Shown in pieces: positions 1-8,311 of a DNA stretch of 64,000 nucleotides. Source of the DNA: Gammaproteobacteria bacterium (GTDB taxonomy: Bacteria; Pseudomonadota; Gammaproteobacteria; Eutrophobiales; Eutrophobiaceae); assembly GCA_965226155.1 (NCBI GenBank), contig OZ245331.1, positions 1,082,605 through 1,146,604 on the forward strand, in the 5' to 3' direction. The position numbers and the translations under genes were made by a program. The notes beneath the pieces were generated by a model. That model was not told where the DNA came from. It made no database searches and was given only the letters and a program-made list of their open reading frames with translations. How positions within the stretch are numbered: the first letter of the stretch is position 1; the number at the start of each line of letters is the position of its first letter.

Positions 1-448
1 ATCTGTTGCAGACAATATCATGGCCATACTTGAAACACGCTCTGACCTAACAGAAGACAAGTCTAAGGATATCCTGGATGCCCTGTTAAATGAATTTAAC
101 GTTTCTCATTTGCGTGACGACCTCGGCATGAGTCTGTCGGGCGGAGAACGCCGACGCGTAGAAATCGCACGTGCATTGGCAACGGATCCTGAATTTTTGT
201 TATTAGATGAACCATTTGCCGGTATTGACCCCATTTCAATTACTGGCATTCAACAAATGACTCAGTATTTAAAGAAGAAAGGCCTGGGGATCTTGATTAC
301 AGATCACAATGTCAGGGAAACGCTTGGATCATGTGACCGAGCCTATATAGTGAGCGAGGGACACCTCATTGCCGAAGGGGTCCCAGATCAAATCCTGGCG
401 AACGACCATGTTCGCGACGTCTATCTCGGAAATCAGTTCAGGATGTAA
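1..448 (+). CDS. lptB: LPS export ABC transporter ATP-binding protein LptB, C-terminal part (5' end lies left of the window)
   Basis: ABC signature [15 protein letters not shown], Walker [10 protein letters not shown] and H-loop ITDHN in the translated ORF; conserved position directly upstream of rpoN. Confidence 0.85.
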   Translation, partial: SVADNIMAILETRSDLTEDKSKDILDALLNEFNVSHLRDDLGMSLSGGERRRVEIARALATDPEFLLLDEPFAGIDPISITGIQQMTQYLKKKGLGILITDHNVRETLGSCDRAYIVSEGHLIAEGVPDQILANDHVRDVYLGNQFRM

Positions 449-501
449 AATATTTTATATAATGGGCAAATCTGGCATGAATTTTGCGATAAACTATAAA
501 T

Positions 502-1995
502 ATGAAGCCCTCTTTACAACTACGTATCAGCCAGAACCTGGCTATGACGCCACAACTACAGCATGCAATCAAGCTGCTACAGTTATCTGGTGTGGAATTG
601 CAGGCAGAAATTCAAGAAGCGCTCGATTCAAACATGATGTTGGAACTTGATGACGGTGCTAGCGAAGAGTCAACAGAACCTTCCGAGCAGGAAGTTGAGA
701 CAGAATCACAAATTGAATCGGATCCTAAAATTGCCAATGACGCGCAAAATATTCCTGATGAATTACCGATTGATACGGTATGGGATGATATTTACGACGG
801 CAATTTTACCGTTAAGACAGCGTCATCGACGGTCAATATGGAGCAATCTGGCTTCAATATTTCGAAAGAGGAATCCATCAAAGAGCACCTGTTATGGCAA
901 TTAAACCTAATGTCTTTGTCAGAAACAGACCGGGCGATTGCCGTTGCAATAATTGACACGCTTGATGCTGATGGTTACCTGTCTAGCCCTCTGGAAGACA
1001 TTCTCCCTACTATCGGTGATGATCATAATGTAAGCACAGAGGATGTTGAAGCTATCCTGATGCTAATCCAGTCCATGGAACCTACTGGAGTTGGATCGCG
1101 CGATCTCAAGGAATGTTTGATCCTTCAGCTTCAACAGCTTGATAAGGAAACTCCCTTTTTGCAACAGGCTGTGCATCTGGCTACCGATTATCTAGATATA
1201 ATCGCTACACGAAACTACGATCAACTGATACATGCGACGAAACTAGACCACACTGAACTTGTGGAAACAATATCGTTAATTCGATCCTTGAATCCCAGGC
1301 CGGGAAGCACCCTACATCAAGACAACATTGAATATATTGTTCCAGATATATATGTCAAAAAGGTTAATGATACATGGAGGGTTGAGCTCAATGCAGAAAC
1401 GAATTCCAACCTTAAGATAAACAGTAACTATGCTGGGATGGTCAAACGAGCAGACAATAGTGAAGAAAATAATTCCCTAAAAGCACATTTGGAGGAAGCC
1501 CGTTGGTTGATAAAAAGTCTTCAAAGTCGTAACGAAACCTTGCTTAAAGTTTCCACAAGCATCGTGGAGCGACAACAGGCGTTTCAAAAGCACGGCGAAG
1601 AGGCGATGAAACCACTGGTTCTGCATGATATTGCTGATGCCCTAGGCATGCATGAATCAACCATTTCACGGGTAACAACTCGCAAATATATGCATACACC
1701 TCGGGGCATATTCGAACTGAAGTATTTTTTTTCAAGTCATGTCAGTACGGAGCATGGCGATGCCTGCTCTTCAACTGCAATACGGGCAATGATAAAAAAG
1801 CTAGTAGCCGAAGAAGATTCAAATAAACCTCTCAGCGATAGCAAAATAACTCGCTTACTGGCAACCCAGGGAATAAAGGTTGCAAGACGGACAGTGGCGA
1901 AATACAGAGAGGCAATGACAATCCCCCCATCCAATGAAAGAAAAAATTATTTTAATATAGAACTGACACGGAGATATCAATGCAAATCAACCTAA
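502..1995 (+). CDS. rpoN: RNA polymerase sigma-54 factor RpoN
   Basis: 497 aa ORF; N-terminal Gln/Leu-rich activator-interaction region (LQLRISQNLAMTPQLQHAIKLLQLS); C-terminal RpoN box ARRTVAKYRE; conserved lptB-rpoN-hpf-ptsN synteny. Confidence 0.95.
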   Translation: MKPSLQLRISQNLAMTPQLQHAIKLLQLSGVELQAEIQEALDSNMMLELDDGASEESTEPSEQEVETESQIESDPKIANDAQNIPDELPIDTVWDDIYDGNFTVKTASSTVNMEQSGFNISKEESIKEHLLWQLNLMSLSETDRAIAVAIIDTLDADGYLSSPLEDILPTIGDDHNVSTEDVEAILMLIQSMEPTGVGSRDLKECLILQLQQLDKETPFLQQAVHLATDYLDIIATRNYDQLIHATKLDHTELVETISLIRSLNPRPGSTLHQDNIEYIVPDIYVKKVNDTWRVELNAETNSNLKINSNYAGMVKRADNSEENNSLKAHLEEARWLIKSLQSRNETLLKVSTSIVERQQAFQKHGEEAMKPLVLHDIADALGMHESTISRVTTRKYMHTPRGIFELKYFFSSHVSTEHGDACSSTAIRAMIKKLVAEEDSNKPLSDSKITRLLATQGIKVARRTVAKYREAMTIPPSNERKNYFNIELTRRYQCKST

Positions 1996-2303
1996 CAGGC
2001 CATCATTTGGACATTACTCCCGCACTGAGATCATTTGTTCATGAAAAATTTGCACGACTAGAGAGACATTTTGACCACATAAACAATATTCATGTAATTT
2101 TAACGGTGGAAAAAGACAGGCAACAAGCAGAAGCCACTATACATGTAAACCGAGGGGACTTATTTGCTGAGGTCGAGCATGACGATATGTATGCGTCGAT
2201 CGATAGATTGACAGACAAACTTGATCGCCAGTTAATAAAGCACAAGGAAAAGCTGACCCGCCATCACAAAAACAACAACATGAAAGGCAAGGAATTTGTC
2301 TAA
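1980..2303 (+). CDS. hpf: Ribosome hibernation promoting factor (sigma-54 modulation protein, HPF/YhbH)
   Basis: 107 aa, start MQINLTGHHLDITPALRSFVHEKF typical of HPF; immediately downstream of rpoN (16-nt overlap). Confidence 0.9.
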   Translation: MQINLTGHHLDITPALRSFVHEKFARLERHFDHINNIHVILTVEKDRQQAEATIHVNRGDLFAEVEHDDMYASIDRLTDKLDRQLIKHKEKLTRHHKNNNMKGKEFV

Positions 2304-2331
2304 GCAACCAAGCATTTATTTTTAAACAATT

Positions 2332-2787
2332 GTGAATATTCTTAATATTCTCTCACCGGAGCGTATCGCCTTTGATACTGCATTGAGCAGCAAAAAGGCA
2401 GCTCTAGAAAAACTGTCAGCATTGATCGCATCCGGTGATACTGGGATTACTCATAATGAGGTCTTTGACAGCCTAATTAGTCGTGAAAGACTGGGCAGCA
2501 CCGGTCTCGGACAAGGTATCGCTATTCCCCATGGAAGGAGAAAAGGCGGAGCAAAAACTCTGGGCGCATTTTTGAAACTTGAAACTGCTATTAACTATGA
2601 TGCCATCGATCAAAAGCCTGTTGACTTGCTATTTGCGCTAATCGTACCCGAACAATCAACGCAAGAGCATCTTGATATTCTATCTAAACTTGCTGAGATG
2701 TTTAGTAATACGGACCTCGTTAATAAGCTGAGAAATGAACCAACTCCCCCGTCTATATATGAGATTCTTGTTGGAAACACATCATGA
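2332..2787 (+). CDS. ptsN: PTS IIA-like nitrogen regulatory protein EIIA-Ntr (PtsN), GTG start
   Basis: 151 aa EIIA(Fru/Ntr) fold with conserved phospho-His region GIAIPHGR; canonical position after hpf. Confidence 0.85.
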   Translation: MNILNILSPERIAFDTALSSKKAALEKLSALIASGDTGITHNEVFDSLISRERLGSTGLGQGIAIPHGRRKGGAKTLGAFLKLETAINYDAIDQKPVDLLFALIVPEQSTQEHLDILSKLAEMFSNTDLVNKLRNEPTPPSIYEILVGNTS

Positions 2788-2821
2788 GAAATTACTTTCA
2801 TTGAACAACGGCAACAATTGA

Positions 2822-3694
2822 ATGCCTAAAAAAGCAGCTGACGAGTCCAAGCACAGGCTGATTTTTGTCTGCGGTCTATCCGGTGCAGGCAAGTCTGTTG
2901 TATTACACGCCCTTGAGGACCTCGGTTATTACTGTATTGATAACCTGCCTATCAACCTGCTGGACAAATTGTCCGACCAGATTGATCAATTTCCAAAAAA
3001 AATAGCAATAGGAATAAGCACACAAAATCAAGAAAATGAACTTTCAACACTGTCAGAATGTATCTCCACGCTGATCAGCAGAAATATAATTTCAGAACTT
3101 CTGTTCGTCGATGCCGATGTCGATGTCCTTACCAAACGTTACAGCGAGACTCGCAGGAAACACCCACTATCTACTGACAAAGTGTCACTCAATGAGGCTA
3201 TAAGGAAAGAACAAAACCTCCTTGCATCTTTAAACGAAATAGCCGACCTGACTGTCGATACTAGCAATTCCAATGTACATGATCTACGCAAAATAATTCA
3301 TGAACGGATCAGCGAAAAATCAGAAACAACATTATCAATACAATTAATTTCCTTTAGATATAAGCACAGCGTTCCTAGAGATGCTGATTTTGTTTTTGAT
3401 GTCAGATGCCTGCCAAACCCATACTGGGAAAAGACGCTTAGAAAATATTCAGGCAAAGATCAGCCAGTAATCAATTTTCTAGAACAACAGCCACTGGTTG
3501 AAGAAATGTTGGAACACTTAAACTCATTCCTGTTTAATTGGGTACCAAAGTTTGAAGCAGACAATAGAAGTTATTTGACTATCGCTATCGGCTGCACAGG
3601 CGGTCGGCATCGATCAGTGTATTTAGTAGAAAAATTGGCAAATATGTTTGCCGAAGCAGAGAAACAAGTAATTATCTCCCATCGTGATTTATAG
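2822..3694 (+). CDS. rapZ: RNase adapter protein RapZ (YhbJ)
   Basis: 290 aa, N-terminal P-loop LIFVCGLSGAGKSVVLHALEDLGYYCIDNLP characteristic of RapZ; ends with TAG. Confidence 0.9.
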   Translation: MPKKAADESKHRLIFVCGLSGAGKSVVLHALEDLGYYCIDNLPINLLDKLSDQIDQFPKKIAIGISTQNQENELSTLSECISTLISRNIISELLFVDADVDVLTKRYSETRRKHPLSTDKVSLNEAIRKEQNLLASLNEIADLTVDTSNSNVHDLRKIIHERISEKSETTLSIQLISFRYKHSVPRDADFVFDVRCLPNPYWEKTLRKYSGKDQPVINFLEQQPLVEEMLEHLNSFLFNWVPKFEADNRSYLTIAIGCTGGRHRSVYLVEKLANMFAEAEKQVIISHRDL

Positions 3695-3705
3695 GGATTA
3701 GTTAG

Positions 3706-3975
3706 GTGATTAGAAAAGAGATGATTATTACCAATAAGCTAGGGCTACATGCACGTGCTGCAGCGAAATTTGTTCAGAAGGCATCTACTTATGCCAGCGA
3801 AATTCATTTAATTCATAAGGATAAAAAAGTCAGCGGCAAAAGTATTATGGGCATCATGATGCTAGCCGCTTCGAAAGGAACCAATATTGATATAGTCGCA
3901 TCCGGTGAAGATGAAAAGCTGGCAGCGCAAGATCTGGAAAAGCTTATAGTGGACAAATTCGGAGAAGCAGAATGA
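3706..3975 (+). CDS. ptsO: HPr-like phosphocarrier protein NPr
   Basis: 89 aa; ITNKLGLHARAAAKFV matches the HPr/NPr active-site His region; follows rapZ as in Pseudomonas and enterobacteria. Confidence 0.85.
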   Translation: MIRKEMIITNKLGLHARAAAKFVQKASTYASEIHLIHKDKKVSGKSIMGIMMLAASKGTNIDIVASGEDEKLAAQDLEKLIVDKFGEAE

Positions 3976-5717
3976 CCGTTAAGCTTTATGGAATGGGCGT
4001 ATCACGTGGTATAGCCATAGGCAAAGTACATGTCATCCTCAGTGATCAAGTTGATATCCTCGAACATTATATCGATCAATCTCAGATAGAGTCGGAAATC
4101 AATCGTCTTCAGCAAGCAGTCGAAAAAGCAAAAACCCAATTAAGCGCCGTACGTGATCAGATACCTGAAACGACATCAGCTGATATTGTCGGATTTATCG
4201 ATGCACATTTATTGATGTTAAATGATGCCATCCTGATTAATGAGCCAATACGGAAGATCCGCGAAAAACTTTATAGCGCCGAATGGGCGCTGAAATTACA
4301 ACGCGATGCATTAGTTAGTATTTTTGAAGAAATGGATGATTCCTATCTTCGCACCCGAAAAGATGACATTGAACATGTTATCAACCGAATTTTACGCATT
4401 CTACTTAACCATTCGACCCTAGCCCATGAAAAGTCTGACAACAAATTAGAGGGTTATGTCGTCTTAGCAGACGACCTCACTCCAGCTGATACTGTGTTAA
4501 TGCAACACAATGGGATTTTAGCGTTCGCCACTGAATACGGTGGGCCTACATCACATACCGCCATTCTCGCTCGCAGCATGGGCATACCGGCCATCATCAG
4601 TTTGCGACAGGCAGTGCGATCTGTCGAAGAAGATGATCTCGTTATTGTCGATGGCGAAAAAGGAATATTCATAATTGATCCGGATGAAAAGACACTAGCT
4701 TTCTACCGTCAAGAGCAGGATAAGTTTAATAATTATTATGCAAGCCTAAACAATCTGGTTGATACCTCAGCTAGCACTATTGATAGTACAACCATCGTAT
4801 TACAGGCCAACATTGAACTACCACGGGATTTCGAATCAGTAAGAAAAGTTGGTGCGGCCGGCGTGGGTTTGTATCGGACCGAATTCCTGTATATGAATAG
4901 GGAATCTCCACCAGACGAGGAAGAACATTTCCAGACCTATCGCAAAGTAATCGATATTCTGGATGGCTTGCCGTTAACTATCCGCACTCTGGATCTTGGC
5001 GCAGACAAACAAGTAGATGGGGGTAGATCGAGCGGGCCCGTTCAATCCAATCCTGCTTTAGGCTTAAGGGCGATTCGGTTATGCCTAAAAGAGCCTGAAT
5101 TGTTCCGACCCCAGTTACGCGCCATACTCCGAGTTTCAGCTCATGGGCCGGTCCGCATCTTAATACCCATGTTGTCTAATGTGCAGGAAATTGAACAAGT
5201 ATTTCTGATGATTGATGAAATCAAGGCAGAATTAAAAACTCAAGCAATTCCGTTTGATAGTAGTGTCGCAATAGGTGCAATGATAGAAGTCCCTGCTGCG
5301 GCAATCTGTGCAGACATCTTTGCAGAAAAATTGGCCTTTCTATCTATCGGAACGAATGATTTGATCCAGTACACCATGGCTATTGACCGCGTAAATGATG
5401 AAGTTAATTACCTCTATGAACCCTTGCATCCTGCAGTTTTAAGGTTAATCAAGATGGTTCTAGATGCCGGAAACAATGCCAATATCCCGGTCTCTATGTG
5501 TGGAGAAATGGCTGGAGATTGTCAATTTACCCGTTTACTGCTCAGTCTTGGTTTACGAGATTTCAGCATACACCCTGCTAACCTGCTTGAGGTCAAACAA
5601 ATAATCACTCGCTCAGATCTACGAAAAATGGCGAACATAGAAACAGAATTACTCGGTGCTAAAAGTGGCGCAGATGTCTCTAAAATACTCGAGAATATTG
5701 ATAACACATTGCACTAA
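3972..5717 (+). CDS. Phosphoenolpyruvate-protein phosphotransferase (PTS Enzyme I), no N-terminal GAF domain
   Basis: 581 aa; EI N-terminal phospho-His domain (GGPTSHTAILARSMGIPA), PEP-utilizing C-terminal TIM barrel (SIGTNDLIQYT, CGEMAGD); start overlaps ptsO stop (ATGA). Confidence 0.85.
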   Translation: MTVKLYGMGVSRGIAIGKVHVILSDQVDILEHYIDQSQIESEINRLQQAVEKAKTQLSAVRDQIPETTSADIVGFIDAHLLMLNDAILINEPIRKIREKLYSAEWALKLQRDALVSIFEEMDDSYLRTRKDDIEHVINRILRILLNHSTLAHEKSDNKLEGYVVLADDLTPADTVLMQHNGILAFATEYGGPTSHTAILARSMGIPAIISLRQAVRSVEEDDLVIVDGEKGIFIIDPDEKTLAFYRQEQDKFNNYYASLNNLVDTSASTIDSTTIVLQANIELPRDFESVRKVGAAGVGLYRTEFLYMNRESPPDEEEHFQTYRKVIDILDGLPLTIRTLDLGADKQVDGGRSSGPVQSNPALGLRAIRLCLKEPELFRPQLRAILRVSAHGPVRILIPMLSNVQEIEQVFLMIDEIKAELKTQAIPFDSSVAIGAMIEVPAAAICADIFAEKLAFLSIGTNDLIQYTMAIDRVNDEVNYLYEPLHPAVLRLIKMVLDAGNNANIPVSMCGEMAGDCQFTRLLLSLGLRDFSIHPANLLEVKQIITRSDLRKMANIETELLGAKSGADVSKILENIDNTLH

Positions 5718-5795
5718 TTCCCGTCTCGGCAACTTTGAAGATTTATGCCGATTTACCTACACTGATATCCATCTACTACTGTTACACTTGTTACC

Positions 5796-7151
5796 ATGAC
5801 AAGAAATCCCGATGACATGAGTGATATTGAACAACAAGAAAAACTTTTGGCATCTATCAGTGCCGGTCAACTTGACGAGGTAAGTAGACAATTATCTCAG
5901 ATTCATCCTTCTGAAATAGCTGACCTGTTGGAAAGCCTTCCGGCCAAAGATAGGGAATTGGTGTGGGATCAAGTTGGTCCCGAACTGGAAGGTGATGTCC
6001 TATCCCACGCCCAAGAATCTGTCAAGATTGGGCTATTAGGGCAAATGCAACCTGAAGAAGTTGCCCAAGTCACAAGGGGTCTTGAGGCTGATGATGTCGC
6101 CGACATACTAAACGCATTGCCCGATGACATTGCTGACAGTGTATTGCTGTCCATGGATACACAAAACCGGGAGCGGCTAACATCTGTCCTCTCCTATCCC
6201 GAAGACACTGCAGGCGGACTAATGAACCTTGATGTCGTGTCTGTTAGGGCCAACGTAACACTAGATGTAGTCGCTAGGTATTTACGAAAAAAAGGCACTA
6301 TACCAAATCAAACAGACAGGTTAATGGTAGTAGACCGTGAAAATACTTGCCTCGGTGTACTGCCGCTTGCCGATATCCTAACCAAAAAACCTAAAGCAAC
6401 CGTCGGCGAAGTTTTAGTTTCAGAATTCATGATAGCGGCGGATACGTCAGCACGCGAAGTTGCAAAAATATTCGAACAGAGAGATTTATTCTCTGCCGCC
6501 GTCGTTGATACTGAAGGGAAGTTACTTGGCAGGATTACAGTCGACGATGTGGTAGATGTCATTCAGGAGCAGGCCGAGGCAACCGTACTTAACATGGCTG
6601 GTCTAAGTGACGAAGATATTTTTGCACCCGTTCTAACCAGCGCGAAACGCCGTGCTGTGTGGCTGGGAATTAATTTATTAACTGCCTTATTGGCATCGTG
6701 GGTGATCGGTCGATTTGAAGAGACTATTCAAGAACTGGTTGCGCTAGCGATATTGATGCCAATTGTTGCAAGTATGGGCGGTATAGCTGGCAGCCAGACT
6801 CTGACACTCTCGATCAGGGGACTGGCCGTAGGCCAAATTAACAAGCGAAACGCGCGATCACTAATGAATAAGGAACTCGCAGTAGGAATCTTTAACGGGG
6901 CAATCTGGGCGTGCGTGGTTGGCACGGTATCCATATTTTGGTTTAACAGCTACCCCCTTGGGATAATCATTGGCCTTGCGATGCTGGTAAATCTCAGCGT
7001 CGCAGCACTTGCGGGATCAATGATCCCAATCATACTGAACCGCCTGGGAGTTGATCCCGCTATTGCGGGAAGCGTTTTATTGACGACAGTTACAGACGTG
7101 GTGGGCTTTATGACATTCCTGGGACTTGCTGCGCTTTATCTTGGCAACTAG
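5796..7151 (+). CDS. mgtE: Magnesium transporter MgtE
   Basis: 451 aa; N-terminal cytoplasmic domain, tandem CBS region, C-terminal 5-TM MgtE membrane domain (GGIAGSQTLT, TDVVGF). Confidence 0.9.
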   Translation: MTRNPDDMSDIEQQEKLLASISAGQLDEVSRQLSQIHPSEIADLLESLPAKDRELVWDQVGPELEGDVLSHAQESVKIGLLGQMQPEEVAQVTRGLEADDVADILNALPDDIADSVLLSMDTQNRERLTSVLSYPEDTAGGLMNLDVVSVRANVTLDVVARYLRKKGTIPNQTDRLMVVDRENTCLGVLPLADILTKKPKATVGEVLVSEFMIAADTSAREVAKIFEQRDLFSAAVVDTEGKLLGRITVDDVVDVIQEQAEATVLNMAGLSDEDIFAPVLTSAKRRAVWLGINLLTALLASWVIGRFEETIQELVALAILMPIVASMGGIAGSQTLTLSIRGLAVGQINKRNARSLMNKELAVGIFNGAIWACVVGTVSIFWFNSYPLGIIIGLAMLVNLSVAALAGSMIPIILNRLGVDPAIAGSVLLTTVTDVVGFMTFLGLAALYLGN

Positions 7152-7206
7152 ACCAATGAATTTTTAAATGTTGGGCTGTGTGTTATTAAAGCGGAAATAA
7201 TCTAGA

Positions 7207-7551
7207 TTACCAGCTGAACATGACCCATTGAGGAACAACATTATTACTACCAAGCCGGTTTGTCCTTGATTCCATCTGACCGTCACCGTCGTTATCGATC
7301 AAATAATAGGGTATGCCTCCGACTGGGGTAACTTTAACCATATAGAGCTTGCCATTAACCCTGTATTCCTCAGTTATAGAATCTTCCTCGCGGATTATAG
7401 TGACTTGAGGCTCGATGGGCTGTCCACTCTCAAGCGTATCTGGGATGTCTGGCGGTGGCGGCACCGCTACAAAGTCATTCTCAGCATCATGTGTATCTTG
7501 AGCAAATAAAGGTAAAGCCACAAAGCAAATTACCAAAATCAAGTTTTTCAT
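7207..7551 (-). CDS. DUF2782-family secreted protein
   Basis: 114 aa with N-terminal signal peptide MKNLILVICFVALPLFA; conserved GIPYYLIDNDGDG motif; located beside polA as in Pseudomonas. Confidence 0.6.
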   Translation of the reverse strand: MKNLILVICFVALPLFAQDTHDAENDFVAVPPPPDIPDTLESGQPIEPQVTIIREEDSITEEYRVNGKLYMVKVTPVGGIPYYLIDNDGDGQMESRTNRLGSNNVVPQWVMFSW

Positions 7552-7606
7552 AATTGTTTCCCGTGTCTATTCAGTTTGTAATCTTTCCGGCTGTTTGAAA
7601 AGATTA

Positions 7607-8311
7607 TCATTTTTGCCCTACTTCATAATAGCTTAAAATTGACCTGGCTACCTGCTCGGGATCGTCAATTACGGTAAACAAATCCAAATCTGCCGGTGTA
7701 ATTGTCCCTTGCTTAATCATATCGGATCTGAACCAATCCAGTAGTCCCTGCCAAAACGCTGACTCTACCAATATAATCGGAATACGCCTGCCCTTACCTG
7801 TCTGCATCAAAGTCAAAATCTCGGCTAATTCGTCGAGCGTCCCAAAACCCCCAGGCAATACCACATAGGCTGACGCATATTTTACAAACATTACCTTACG
7901 AACGAAGAAATGATTGAAGTTGAGTGTTAAATTTTGATAATGATTTGCTTCCTGTCCTCGTGGTAATTTTATATTCAATCCGATACTCATAGCCTTGCCG
8001 GAGTATGCGCCTCGATTAAACGATTCCATCAGTCCCGGCCCACCGCCTGAAATAACACTGTAGCCAGCATCAGAGAGTAATCTCGATATTTTCATTCCGG
8101 TTTGGTAATAACGATGTTGGCGGTTTATACGGGACGATCCAAACATGCTGACGCATGGCGTGAGCTTGGACAAGGTTTCATCACCCTGAATGAATTCGGC
8201 TGTAATGTTCGAAATCAAAACAGGTTCCTGCATAGTCTCAGTTTCGCTCATTGTATGATGGGAAGATTCATTAATATCATTCATAATGTTATCTGAATCT
8301 TGCTTTGCCAC
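7607..8311 (-). CDS. LOG-family (TIGR00730) Rossmann-fold nucleotide-binding protein, putative cytokinin riboside 5'-monophosphate phosphoribohydrolase
   Basis: 234 aa with LOG motifs GGGPGLMESFNRGA and PGGFGTLDELAE. Confidence 0.8.
   Translation of the reverse strand: MAKQDSDNIMNDINESSHHTMSETETMQEPVLISNITAEFIQGDETLSKLTPCVSMFGSSRINRQHRYYQTGMKISRLLSDAGYSVISGGGPGLMESFNRGAYSGKAMSIGLNIKLPRGQEANHYQNLTLNFNHFFVRKVMFVKYASAYVVLPGGFGTLDELAEILTLMQTGKGRRIPIILVESAFWQGLLDWFRSDMIKQGTITPADLDLFTVIDDPEQVARSILSYYEVGQK

Noticed and set aside
1980-1995. rpoN reading 16 nt into hpf with a longer-than-usual C-terminal tail
   Set aside because: No earlier in-frame stop exists and the RpoN box is intact. Short overlaps are common in this operon. 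Not strong enough to call an anomaly.
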